From positions 416,001-480,000 of the forward strand of contig OY968769.1 in NCBI GenBank assembly GCA_963695345.1: 64,000 nucleotides of DNA. The letters are read 5' to 3'. This DNA is from an uncultured Methanomassiliicoccales archaeon. Lineage in GTDB: Archaea > Thermoplasmatota > Thermoplasmata > Methanomassiliicoccales > UBA472. The notes below the pieces were generated by a model that searched no databases, was not told the DNA's origin, and saw only the letters and a list, made by a program, of their open reading frames with translations. Every line of letters starts with the position of its first letter. Within the stretch, counting starts at the first letter, position 1. Of the stretch, positions 9,681 through 19,445 are shown in pieces. The position numbers and the translations under genes are program-made.

Positions 9681-11172
9681 ATGACCGAGGGTATCCTATC
9701 GATCAAGGGAAAAGTGATCACGGACGAGAGGCAGCTAGAGCGGTATGCCAGTGATCTGAGCCATTATTATATCAAACCAAAGATGGTGGCCATCCCTCTG
9801 GACGAGAACGACATCGTAGGAGCGGTGGATTTCGCCGTCGCTAACGGCATCGTCATAACACCAAGGGGCGCGGGGTCGAACCTGTCCGGCTCGGCAGTGG
9901 GCGAAGGCATGGTCATCCTGACCCGGGAGATGGACCGCTTGGTCGGAAGGGAGGACCACATATACTCATGCCAACCGGGCATGGTCTTCAACCAATTGGA
10001 CAAGCAGGCCAGGATGGACGGCTTTTTCATACCCTACGACCCTAGCTCGAGGGCTTTCTGCACCATCGGCGGAAATGTCGGGACCAGGGCCAGCGGCATC
10101 CGTTCCTTGAAGTATGGCAGCACGGACAACTGCCTGGATTCGATCCGGTTCATCAGTCCCGCGTTCGGTCTGGTGGATACCGCCAAAGAGCTCCCGAGCC
10201 CGCTCAAAGCGGGCACTGGAGGACATCACCGCACGTCTACGGGACGATGAGGAGATGCTTCTGCTCCTGGAGACCCGGGGCAACCTCAAATCCAGCAGCG
10301 GATATAACCTGGGTGCGTTCCTGGAAGAGAAGACCGTGAACCGGGTCGCCGCCCATCTGATGGTGGGTTCGGTGGGGACACTGGCGGTGTTCACGGAGGT
10401 GCGACTACGATTGCGGCCGCTTTACAAGAATAGGACGTTGTACCTGGTGTTCTTTGAATCTTTGTCAGAAGCCGTGCGGAAGATGCTTCCGGCCCGGGAG
10501 TTCGCACCTTCCGCCTTCGAAATGCTCGATTCGTTCGGGGTGAAGAACTTGGCCTCACTGGTGCAGGTGCCGACCGGGGCGAACGCGGTGATAATGATCG
10601 AGTTCGACGAAGACCTAAGTGAATCGGGCTCGAAGATGGCGGCATTGCTGAAGGACGTAGGACGCAAAGGCATGGTGTTCAATGACCAAGCGCTCATCGA
10701 GAGGATATGGAATGTCCGGGAGAGCAACCTGCTGCGCATCAAGCACGAGATAGAGCGACCAGAGCTCAAGTTCCTATCTTTCATAGATGATCTGGCCGTA
10801 CCTCCTGACCGATTGCCGGACCTGATAGAGAAGCTGAACACGATATTCAGGCAGGAGGGATTGCAGGTGATCATGTATGGCCATGTCGGAGAAGGCAACC
10901 TGCATGTCAGACCTTACATCCACAAGGACGGATGGGAAGAGGTCACCATACGCCTGGCGGAGAAATGCTTCCGGGTGGTGCTGGAGAATGACGGCACCAT
11001 CACCGGAGAGCACGGTTTGGGCCGCAACCGGTCAAAATACCTTTGTGACGAGTGGGGGAAGAAGGCCTGCGGTTATTTCCGCGAGATCAAGCAGATATTC
11101 GATCCGCAGGGACTGATGAACCCCGGGGTGGTGTTCACGGACAGCGATCTCACTGAACATCTCCGATTCTAG
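9681..11172 (+). CDS. FAD-linked oxidoreductase (GlcD/D-lactate/D-2-hydroxyglutarate dehydrogenase family); +1 frameshift near 10207
   Basis: PRGAGSNLSG, TIGGNVGTRASG, GYNL, GHVGEGNLH, GEHGLG, FDPQGLMNPG. The two ORFs join on removing one A from CTCAAAGCGG. Confidence 0.85.
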
Positions 11173-11251
11173 CGGTCAGGATATGTCAAGGAATTCTATT
11201 ATCAGACCCTGATAATGACGAGCGAAACTTATTAACCGCTGAATTCTTCGA

Positions 11252-11632
11252 ATGATAACGGAGAATCAGGTATTGCCGATTTCTGACCTTCTGAAAAGCC
11301 GTGCCAAGATCATATTCTTGGTTCTGATCATCGCCGGGGCAGCGGTTATTCTCTCGGCCCTGATACTGGCATTCACCATCGACACGAGCAATGTTATTGA
11401 CCTCTATGTCCTGGAATCGACCACCCTTAGCGTGGGCATGGTGATGCTGTGCATGGGCATCATCCTGATGAAGAACGGTGAGAACATTTTCGGAACCAGC
11501 GTCACCGAGATGGAAAAGCAGAGGATGCACGACGACATGCACCGACAGGTGATGTCGGAGATGCGCCTGTCACCGAAGGACGTGGAGATCCAGAAGTCGA
11601 TCGAAGAGTCGGACGACGAGCTGTTCAAATGA
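11252..11632 (+). CDS. Small hypothetical membrane protein (2 TM + acidic tail)
   Basis: Two hydrophobic stretches followed by a charged C-terminus; TTATTAA promoter-like element upstream. Confidence 0.6.
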   Translation: MITENQVLPISDLLKSRAKIIFLVLIIAGAAVILSALILAFTIDTSNVIDLYVLESTTLSVGMVMLCMGIILMKNGENIFGTSVTEMEKQRMHDDMHRQVMSEMRLSPKDVEIQKSIEESDDELFK

Positions 11633-11670
11633 TCCGGGATTTCCTGGTGACCGCTGTCAATGAGGCAGGA

Positions 11671-13005
11671 TCAGGAGCCCCTCCCCACGAAGACATTCTG
11701 ACCGGCAATATGCGAACCGAGCTCATCTGACGGTGCTCCGATCTTCTCCAGTATCTCCTTCGGATCGCTGTTTCGCAGGAAGAAATACAGCGTGGAATCG
11801 ATGATCTTGACCATGCTGATGCTGACGTCGAAATCGAACAGAGGAGGGTTTATCTGTTTCTTTATCTGGTACTTCGTTATCGTGTTCAGGAAGTTGCTCA
11901 TGTCGCTGGGACGGATGTCATCGGGCCGGTGGTGGATCTTCAATATCGCTTGCTGAATATCGGCTCTCTTGAATCCGTCCGTGATCTTGCTGAAATCGGA
12001 ATTCAATAGCACCACTAGGAAGTAGAAGGGTATGAACAGAGGAATGCGGTCGCTGGTCCTTCTCGAGGATTCGGCAAACGATTCCAGAGCCCGCAGATGC
12101 CGGGAAGAATAATCGTCCAGTTTCTTCTTGATCGCCTCATCCAGGTGCCAGCTCAGGATCTTGACCTTCTGCGGTGAGGTCTCAGTCACTCCGGCGCTCA
12201 TGCAGGAACGGTTGCACAGCTCTTGGAGCACCCCGATGCTGTCGAACGAATAATCGATGATATTCTTCTGGACATCGGAAAAATCGACGTTCAGGATCCT
12301 CGACCCTTTTTCAATGACCCGCTGGAAATCCGCGTTGTCCCAAGGCTCCACTGCCACCTCCACGACCCGGTCCTGCAGATCACCGTTGAATTGTATCAGA
12401 CGGTTCCTTTCACGCCATATGCCCAGGATCACAAATCGGATGCCCAGCTCCTGGAATATCCGAAGATCGTAGGCTAATTTTTCCTGGACCTCCTGAGCGA
12501 GATAATGGAAGTTCTCCAGGACGATGTATCTTTCGAAACCGATCTCGTTCAGTAGTTCGGCGACGTCTGCTGCCAGATTCAGGTTGTACTCGATGGTCCG
12601 GTATTCCTGCGTTCGGGACCTTTCTCCCCCTTTGGTGGACTCAACGCCCCCTCCTAGGTCCGCGAAGATGGGGATCTTGACCTTGGTGGATATTTTGGAA
12701 CTCACAGTACCGGAATCAGTGGTTTGTTCCGATGTTTCGGTCATGATCTGGACCCCGCTGTGGCGCAGTATCGATGCGTAAACGTCCCCCTTTTCGGTGT
12801 CCGGGGCGCACTGGTATACCAGTTGGGATTCAGGCTTCAGATGCTTGTTCAACAACGATGTCTTACCCTGTTTTGACGAACCATACACTATTACCTGTTT
12901 TCTTGATTCCAATGCCGCACGGAAGGATCCGTCCACTCCCTCCCGCTCGATGTAGGATTCGACGACCCCGCTTGAAACCCCGAACACATTCTGAGTCTTG
13001 CTCAT
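11671..13005 (-). CDS. Orphan P-loop NTPase (AAA/STAND-like), function unknown
   Basis: Walker A VIVYGSSKQGKTS; Walker B-like YIVLENFH; 444 aa. Confidence 0.75.
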   Translation of the reverse strand: MSKTQNVFGVSSGVVESYIEREGVDGSFRAALESRKQVIVYGSSKQGKTSLLNKHLKPESQLVYQCAPDTEKGDVYASILRHSGVQIMTETSEQTTDSGTVSSKISTKVKIPIFADLGGGVESTKGGERSRTQEYRTIEYNLNLAADVAELLNEIGFERYIVLENFHYLAQEVQEKLAYDLRIFQELGIRFVILGIWRERNRLIQFNGDLQDRVVEVAVEPWDNADFQRVIEKGSRILNVDFSDVQKNIIDYSFDSIGVLQELCNRSCMSAGVTETSPQKVKILSWHLDEAIKKKLDDYSSRHLRALESFAESSRRTSDRIPLFIPFYFLVVLLNSDFSKITDGFKRADIQQAILKIHHRPDDIRPSDMSNFLNTITKYQIKKQINPPLFDFDVSISMVKIIDSTLYFFLRNSDPKEILEKIGAPSDELGSHIAGQNVFVGRGS

Positions 13006-13255
13006 TTCCCCATCCGCGATATCATTGAATTGCAGACCTATTAATGATTATGAGAATCGAAAGATCGAATTGACCTCATGCAAGAAACAGACAAGGTCTG
13101 GGGAGTGTACGGTTGGCACCGGCATCCCTCGACTTGTTCCCGTCATTTCGGCTTTGAGATGCCCTAGCCCCATGTTCCACAACTTTCACCAGTACTGCCT
13201 GCCAGTCGAATCTACAAAGACAAAACTTTTTAAATGGAGGCGTAATGGCAGCGTC

Positions 13256-15051
13256 ATGATTATCCGGGCCGATTCAATATCACGCGCCTTCAACGCCAAG
13301 GAAGTGCTGCGTTCGGCCACTTTACAGATCAACGAAGGGGACCGGGTCGGACTTGTGGGCAGGAACGGGGCCGGCAAGACCACTCTCCTGAAGATCCTCA
13401 TGGGAGAGCTCAAGCCGGATACTGGAGAGCTCTCGATCCGGGCGAAGAGGATATGCTACCTCTCACAGTTCGCGCAGGAAGGAGGTCCAGATAAGGTGGA
13501 GGACCTCCTGAACAGCACCTCCACATTGACCCAGCAGGAGAAAAGGATGGCCGAGCTGGAGAGGATGATGGTCGAAGGCCCGGAGAGCGGCGGCATGGAC
13601 TGGGATTCGCTCATGGAGGAGTATAACTCCCTGCATGAGGAGATCGCCAAGTCCAGTTCCAAGGGAAGCGGGACCAAGACCAAGGAAGCACTAGAATCGG
13701 TGGGCCTGGATCACATGACCGAAGGCCTCATGTCGGAGATGAGCGGGGGCGAACGCACCAAAGCCCGGATCGCCCAGATACTCATGCAGGCAGGGGATGC
13801 GGACCTGATCATCCTGGACGAACCGACCAGCCACCTGGACATCGATACCGTCGAATGGCTTGAGGAATATCTCATGAACATCGGATCGGGGCTTCTGATC
13901 GTGTCCCACGACCGTTATTTCATGGACCGGGTCGCCAACCAGATCGTGGAGCTGGAAGAGGGCGTCACGAATCAATATTCAGGCAATTACACCCAGTTCG
14001 TGGAGAAGAAGGAACTGGAATATGAACGGCTCAAGATGGCGGCGGAAAAGTACAGCACGGAAAAGGACCGGCTGGAGAAGATGGCCGAGCAGCAGCACGC
14101 CAAGCTATGGTACAAATCCACGCACAAGGTGACGCTCAAGCGCATTGACCGCATGGACAAGGTGGACCCTCCCCGGGAAGAGCGCGACATCAAAATGAGG
14201 ATCGACAGCGCCAGCCGTGGAGGGCGGGAGGCCATTCGGGCTAAGGAACGTGACGGTGGAGCTGGGCGGCAGGAAGATCATCAACTCACTCGACCTGGAC
14301 ATCGAGGTGGGCGACAAGGTCGGCATCATCGGCCCCAACGGCTGCGGCAAGACCACACTGATCAGGGCCATCATGGGAGAGGTGGAACACTCGGGTGAAC
14401 TGTGGGTCGCTCCGGGCGCCAAGATCGGTTACTTCGCCCAGGGCCACGACCACCTGAATCCGGACATCAGCGCGGAACAGCAGTTGCTCCTTGACCTGGG
14501 CCCGGACGAGAAGCTGAAGGCCAGAAGCCTGCTTGCCAGGCAGATGATCACCGGCTACGACGCCAACCGTCCGATAAGGACGCTCTCCGGAGGGGAGAGG
14601 GCCAAGGTTGCGCTGGCCTCGCTAATCGCAGAACGCCGCAACCTTCTGGTGCTGGATGAGCCGACTAACTATCTGGACATTCCCTCCAAGAACGCGGTCG
14701 AGTCGGCGTTGGCGGAATATACCGGGACCATGGTGGTCGTTACCCATGACCGTTATTTCCTGGATGCCGTGTGCAACAAGATATGCGAGATAAGGGACGG
14801 CAAGGCAAAGGTCTTCCCCGGAACATATACCGAGATGAAGGGTTCGAAGACCTTCCACGAGGTAGTGGTGGAGGAGGCGGCGATTCTACAAGGTGGTGTC
14901 CTCGTTCACCGAATGGACCTCAAAGAGGACCTTCAAACCGGGGGATAAGGTATCGGTCGCCCCCAGCGAGATGCCTCTCTTCAAATGGGCCTTTGACAAC
15001 GGAAAGCTAAAAAAGGTCCAGGGCACGGAGAAGAAGAAAATCCAACAATGA
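13256..15051 (+). CDS. ABC-F family ribosome-associated ATPase; frameshifts near 14245 and 14884
   Basis: Two ABC domains (GRNGAGKT/MSGGE/LDEPTSHLD/SHDRYF and GPNGCGKT/LSGGE/LDEPTNYLD/THDRYF) with no TM domain. The corrected frame ends ...EKKKIQQ* at 15051. Confidence 0.88.
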
Positions 15052-15235
15052 GTCGATGTTGCCCCCGGCCCTGCAAAATATCTTTATTATCTAATCTATA
15101 TTTTTTAAATTCTGAACGGAATGGCATATCCATTCTCTGAATCTCAGAAGTTGCAATTAGGAGGGTACGCTTAAAATATCTAAAATCTGCTAATTTAGCC
15201 GAAGGTTCGGTCAGATCTTCAAGGTCAGGAATTGC

Positions 15236-18200
15236 ATGTTCGATATACTGGTCGTTGACGATGAAGAGGGCATTCTCGAGGCGACGAAAGAGTATCTTGA
15301 CCTTTCTGGCAGCTTCAGGATAGACACTGCCACCTCCGCAAAGGAGGGACTGAACCTGATCGCCCGTAAGCAATACGACGTGATCGTTTCCGACTATCAG
15401 ATGGCGGAGATGAACGGGATCGAGTTCCTCAAGATACTGAGGAAGGGCGGTGACCGAATCCCGTTCATCCTTTTCGCTGGGCATGCTGACAGAGAGGTGG
15501 CGTTCGAAGCGCTGAACTGCGGGGCCAACTTCCTCGTGATCAAGGGCGGGGAAGAGGATGAGACCAGCTTGGCCGAGCTGGTCATGGCCGTCAAGGCAAT
15601 GACCGAGCGGCGCATGGAAGAGATCGCCCTCAAGCGCAGTCTGGAAAGGTTCAAGCGGATCTATGGGGAACTGCCAGTTGGCATAGAGATATTCGACAAG
15701 GACGGAGTGCTTGCGGACCTGAACGACGCCGCGTTGTTCATATTGGGCATAACCGACCCGAATGAAGTGAAGGGGCTGAACATCTTCCGCGACCTGGAGC
15801 TTTCTGATGAGGCAAAGCGGAGGATCCGACGTGGAGAGTCGATAATCCATAGCTCGACCGTCGACCTGGAGCTATTGAAAAAGGTCCATGGGGTGAGATC
15901 GAAGCGTTCCGGGCTGATCTATGTAGAACGCATGATAACGCCGCTGGCCGGTATAGGGCCTTCCAACGACGGCTTCTTCATGCAGATCCGGGAGATCACG
16001 GAGAAGATGCACGAGGAGGCCCAATTGCGGTATCAGGCCTACCTTATGGAAAACGTGCGTGACGCTATCATCGCCACGGACAGCGATCATATCATCAATT
16101 CCTGGAACGCTGCCGCGGAAAGACTGTATGGATGGAGATCGGAAGAGGTCCTGGGCAAGAGCGCCAAAGAGATACTGCGGACCCACCGGACAACGGAAAC
16201 CCTGGATGACACATTCGGGCAATTGGAGTCGGCCTGCAGTATGGTCGGGGAGGTCCAGCAGAAACGAAAGGATGGCCTGGAGATCGATATGGAGATGACG
16301 GCCATCGCCCTAAAGAACCGCAATGGGCGGGTCACCGGTTATGTCGGCGTGTTCAGGGACATAGCCGAGAGGATAAAAGCCCGCAATGAGAGGGAACGAT
16401 CGTTCTCACTGCTCAAGGCCACACTGGAATCGACCGCGGACGGGATCCTCGTCATTGACATGGATGGAAGGATGACCGCCCACAACGACAAATTCCTGGA
16501 GATGTGGTGCATCCCGACCGAGGCAGTGGCAGCAGGGAAGGAGCTGGACATGAATAGCCTCATGGTCCGGCAGGTGCGGGACCCGATTGGATTCACATCG
16601 GTCATCGATCGATTGAAACTCCAGAACAACCACATAAGCCATGATGACGTGGAGCTGTTGGACGGGCGCATCTTTGAACGCTATTCCAGGCCTCAGAAGC
16701 TAGGCGAGAGGGTGGTCGGAAGGGTCTGGAGCTTCCGTGACGTGACGAAGAGAAGACGGGCTGAGGAAAGGCTCAGGGACTCGGAGGAGATGCTGCGCTC
16801 CATCTTGAACTACTCACCCGATGCCATCAATCTCATCGATATGGACGGGACCATCGTTGAATGCAATCCGAAGGCCCTCGAACTGACCGGTCTGAACAGC
16901 AAGGACGAGGTCATCGGCCATAACATGCTAGAAGCCATTTCACCCGATGAGCGGGAATGCATGATGGAGAACATCAAGGAGCTCATCGCGGCCGGCAACG
17001 CCAACCGCCTGGAGTACACGCTGGTGAAGTCCAACGGGGAGCCATATTTCGCCGAGGTGACCTCGTGGGCAGTGAAGGACAAGATGGGAGAACCGGCCCT
17101 CTTGGTATCGATGACCAAGGACATCACCGACCGGAAGAGGGCGGAAGAGGAACTCAAAAAGAGCCAGGACAGACTGCTCGCCGCCCAGCGTATCGCCCAC
17201 TTCGGATACTGGGAGTACGATCTGGAAACGGACCGGCTTTACCTATCCGATGAGGTCTTCGAGATCCTGGGATACCGTCCCCAGTCATTCGAGGCCACAT
17301 TCACCAAGTTCATACAGCATGTCCATCCGGACATGAGGGAACTCGTCAAGGGGGTCTTCCAGGAATCCGCCAGCGCGATCAGGGAGATCGATGCCGAGTT
17401 CCGCGCCCTGAAGGCGGACGGAACAGAGATATGGCTATATGACCGGTCGAAGCCGGTCATTGATACCTATGGAAAGCCGAAGATGCTCATCGGTACCCTG
17501 GCCGACATCACCGAACGCAAGCGCATAGAATCCAACATCCAACTGTCCAATCGGAAGCTGAACCTTCTCGGGGCGGTGACCCGCCATGACGTCCTGAACA
17601 TGCTGACCGTGCTCATGGGCAACATCGAGCTCGCCTCCTCCATATCGACGGACGAACGGTCCAAGAAGTACCTCAACCGGTCGAAGGACGCGGCCATGGT
17701 GATCCAGAAACAGATGGAGTACACCCGTTCCTACGAAAAGCTAGGTTCGAAAGGTTCCGACTGGATCAACGTGAGCAAGGTCCTGAGGTTCAACATGCCC
17801 CACCTGAACCTGAACGGCACCAAGGTGAACATGGAGATCGGGGACCTGGAGCTCTACGCCGACACCATGCTGGACAAGGCGCTCAGCAATGTGATGGAGA
17901 ATTCCGTGAGGCATGGGGAGAAGGTCAAGAACATCACCATACGCTGTCAGGAGGACGGGTGCGACCTGAGGCTTTACGTCGAGGACGACGGGATCGGCAT
18001 CGCCGAGGATGAGAAGGAGATGATCTTCCGGCGTGGCTACGGAAAGCACACTGGTCTCGGCCTCAATCTGACCAGGGAGATACTGGGAATCACCGGGATG
18101 ACCATCAAGGAAGTGGGAATGCCCGGTGAAGGCGCCCGCTTCGAGATCGGTATCCCAAGCGGCAAATTCCGCTTCCGTGGGACCGAATTGGCCGAAACCT

Positions 18201-18244
18201 CCTACGAGCTAATGGAAAAGTCCGGCCGGACATCCGGTTTCTGA
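15236..18244 (+). CDS. Hybrid receiver-multi-PAS histidine kinase
   Basis: N-terminal REC (VVDDE, VSDYQM), about 5 PAS/PAC repeats, TRHDVLN, ENSVRHG, DDGIGI, GLGL. Confidence 0.92.
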   Translation: MFDILVVDDEEGILEATKEYLDLSGSFRIDTATSAKEGLNLIARKQYDVIVSDYQMAEMNGIEFLKILRKGGDRIPFILFAGHADREVAFEALNCGANFLVIKGGEEDETSLAELVMAVKAMTERRMEEIALKRSLERFKRIYGELPVGIEIFDKDGVLADLNDAALFILGITDPNEVKGLNIFRDLELSDEAKRRIRRGESIIHSSTVDLELLKKVHGVRSKRSGLIYVERMITPLAGIGPSNDGFFMQIREITEKMHEEAQLRYQAYLMENVRDAIIATDSDHIINSWNAAAERLYGWRSEEVLGKSAKEILRTHRTTETLDDTFGQLESACSMVGEVQQKRKDGLEIDMEMTAIALKNRNGRVTGYVGVFRDIAERIKARNERERSFSLLKATLESTADGILVIDMDGRMTAHNDKFLEMWCIPTEAVAAGKELDMNSLMVRQVRDPIGFTSVIDRLKLQNNHISHDDVELLDGRIFERYSRPQKLGERVVGRVWSFRDVTKRRRAEERLRDSEEMLRSILNYSPDAINLIDMDGTIVECNPKALELTGLNSKDEVIGHNMLEAISPDERECMMENIKELIAAGNANRLEYTLVKSNGEPYFAEVTSWAVKDKMGEPALLVSMTKDITDRKRAEEELKKSQDRLLAAQRIAHFGYWEYDLETDRLYLSDEVFEILGYRPQSFEATFTKFIQHVHPDMRELVKGVFQESASAIREIDAEFRALKADGTEIWLYDRSKPVIDTYGKPKMLIGTLADITERKRIESNIQLSNRKLNLLGAVTRHDVLNMLTVLMGNIELASSISTDERSKKYLNRSKDAAMVIQKQMEYTRSYEKLGSKGSDWINVSKVLRFNMPHLNLNGTKVNMEIGDLELYADTMLDKALSNVMENSVRHGEKVKNITIRCQEDGCDLRLYVEDDGIGIAEDEKEMIFRRGYGKHTGLGLNLTREILGITGMTIKEVGMPGEGARFEIGIPSGKFRFRGTELAETSYELMEKSGRTSGF

Positions 18245-18252
18245 CCTTCCGT

Positions 18253-19215
18253 CTAAGGCAATAACGCGGTCCCGACGATCCGGAGCTTCCCACCTTCCAG
18301 CTGGGTCAAAACCGCCCTCGATCCGGGTGCGTGGATCACGCCCTTTTCCAGTGAGAGCGTCAGGATCGGTCTCTTCCAATCGTTTCCGTTTTCCACACCG
18401 ACCACCCGGGCCGGCAGGAATTGCATCCAGTGGCAAACATGAAGCACCATGCCCTCCTTGATCGCCGATGGCCAGTACTTGATCAGTTCGGCCTGTACCT
18501 TGAGCGAGACATCGACCTTGATCGTCTCATCGTTGGTCAGCACATAGCCCCGGTCCAATTCGTCCGCCTCGACGCCCTTCAGGGCCAGACCGACCCGGTC
18601 GCCCCGGTAGGCCACATCGAAATCGTCATCATGCTTCTGGATCGACCGGACCAAGGCCGATTTCGCCGTGGGAAGCACCTTCAGCGTCTCGTGCTTCTTC
18701 ACTCCACCATTGGCCACATATCCGAGGATGACCGTTCCCACTCCTTTGACGTTGAAATGGTGGTCGATCGGAATGGCCCCGACCTTGCTGGGCGCCGCGT
18801 CCGGCTGCATCTTGGCCGCCATGCCCAAGAGCATCTCCCTGATCTCCACGGGATTGTTCTCGATGAATTGGTACTTCTCCAGCCTGGTCCCCTTGATGAA
18901 CGGCGCGATCTTGTCCGCGGTGAGGTAGTTGCGCAGTATGAAAAAACCCTGGTCCACCCCGGCACAATCCAGCATGAGGATGCACTCGCCGAGCTGGGCG
19001 TTGATCTCATCGACCACGACCAGTGCCAGGTTGGCCATGGATACGGAATAGAACAGGGAGTTGATGCGCTCCGGATACTTTGTCGGCTCTATCAGGGTGA
19101 CCGTGTCCTGGTCCTTCTTTATGTCATAAAGAGTGATGTCGGTGGAAGTCCCCTTCTTGGCCAGGTCCTTGGCGTAATCGATCGGCCCGATCATAGCGAC
19201 ATTGAGGTTTCCCAT
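18253..19215 (-). CDS. SelB/EF-Tu-like protein (SelBL) with degenerate G domain
   Basis: IDHHFNVKGVGTVILG, VRSIQKHD and GDRVGLALKG (EF-Tu domain II). N-terminus has LAKKGTSTDI and no intact P-loop. Confidence 0.85.
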   Translation of the reverse strand: MGNLNVAMIGPIDYAKDLAKKGTSTDITLYDIKKDQDTVTLIEPTKYPERINSLFYSVSMANLALVVVDEINAQLGECILMLDCAGVDQGFFILRNYLTADKIAPFIKGTRLEKYQFIENNPVEIREMLLGMAAKMQPDAAPSKVGAIPIDHHFNVKGVGTVILGYVANGGVKKHETLKVLPTAKSALVRSIQKHDDDFDVAYRGDRVGLALKGVEADELDRGYVLTNDETIKVDVSLKVQAELIKYWPSAIKEGMVLHVCHWMQFLPARVVGVENGNDWKRPILTLSLEKGVIHAPGSRAVLTQLEGGKLRIVGTALLP

Positions 19216-19445
19216 GCTGGCGAATATAGCTGGTCATGATAAAAGCGTTTTCTAGATGAGAACAACCCTCACTTGGACCTTGGGAAATATTCTCGAGAGC
19301 GATGACAACGTCCTGAGTCCCCGTGCACCATGGCTTCCTCGGCTGTTCTGGGATACTGGCCTCATCAACCAATTGTATCAATCTCCTTGGTTCCGGTCAC
19401 CTGATGCGGTAAGTGCTGCCACGGGTGGCGATACTCGTTCCAGTC

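Noticed and set aside
9674-9683. Pyrrolysine (TAG) read-through fusing neighbouring genes, here and at corA 28171
   Set aside because: The downstream genes are out of frame with the TAG (4-nt and 23-nt gaps)
10200-10215. Programmed ribosomal frameshift in the FAD oxidoreductase
   Set aside because: No slippery heptamer or stimulatory structure; same single-insertion pattern as the other errors
13080-13170. GGCATCCCTC/GAGATGCC stem between the divergent NTPase and ABC-F genes
   Set aside because: A single imperfect stem, within chance expectation
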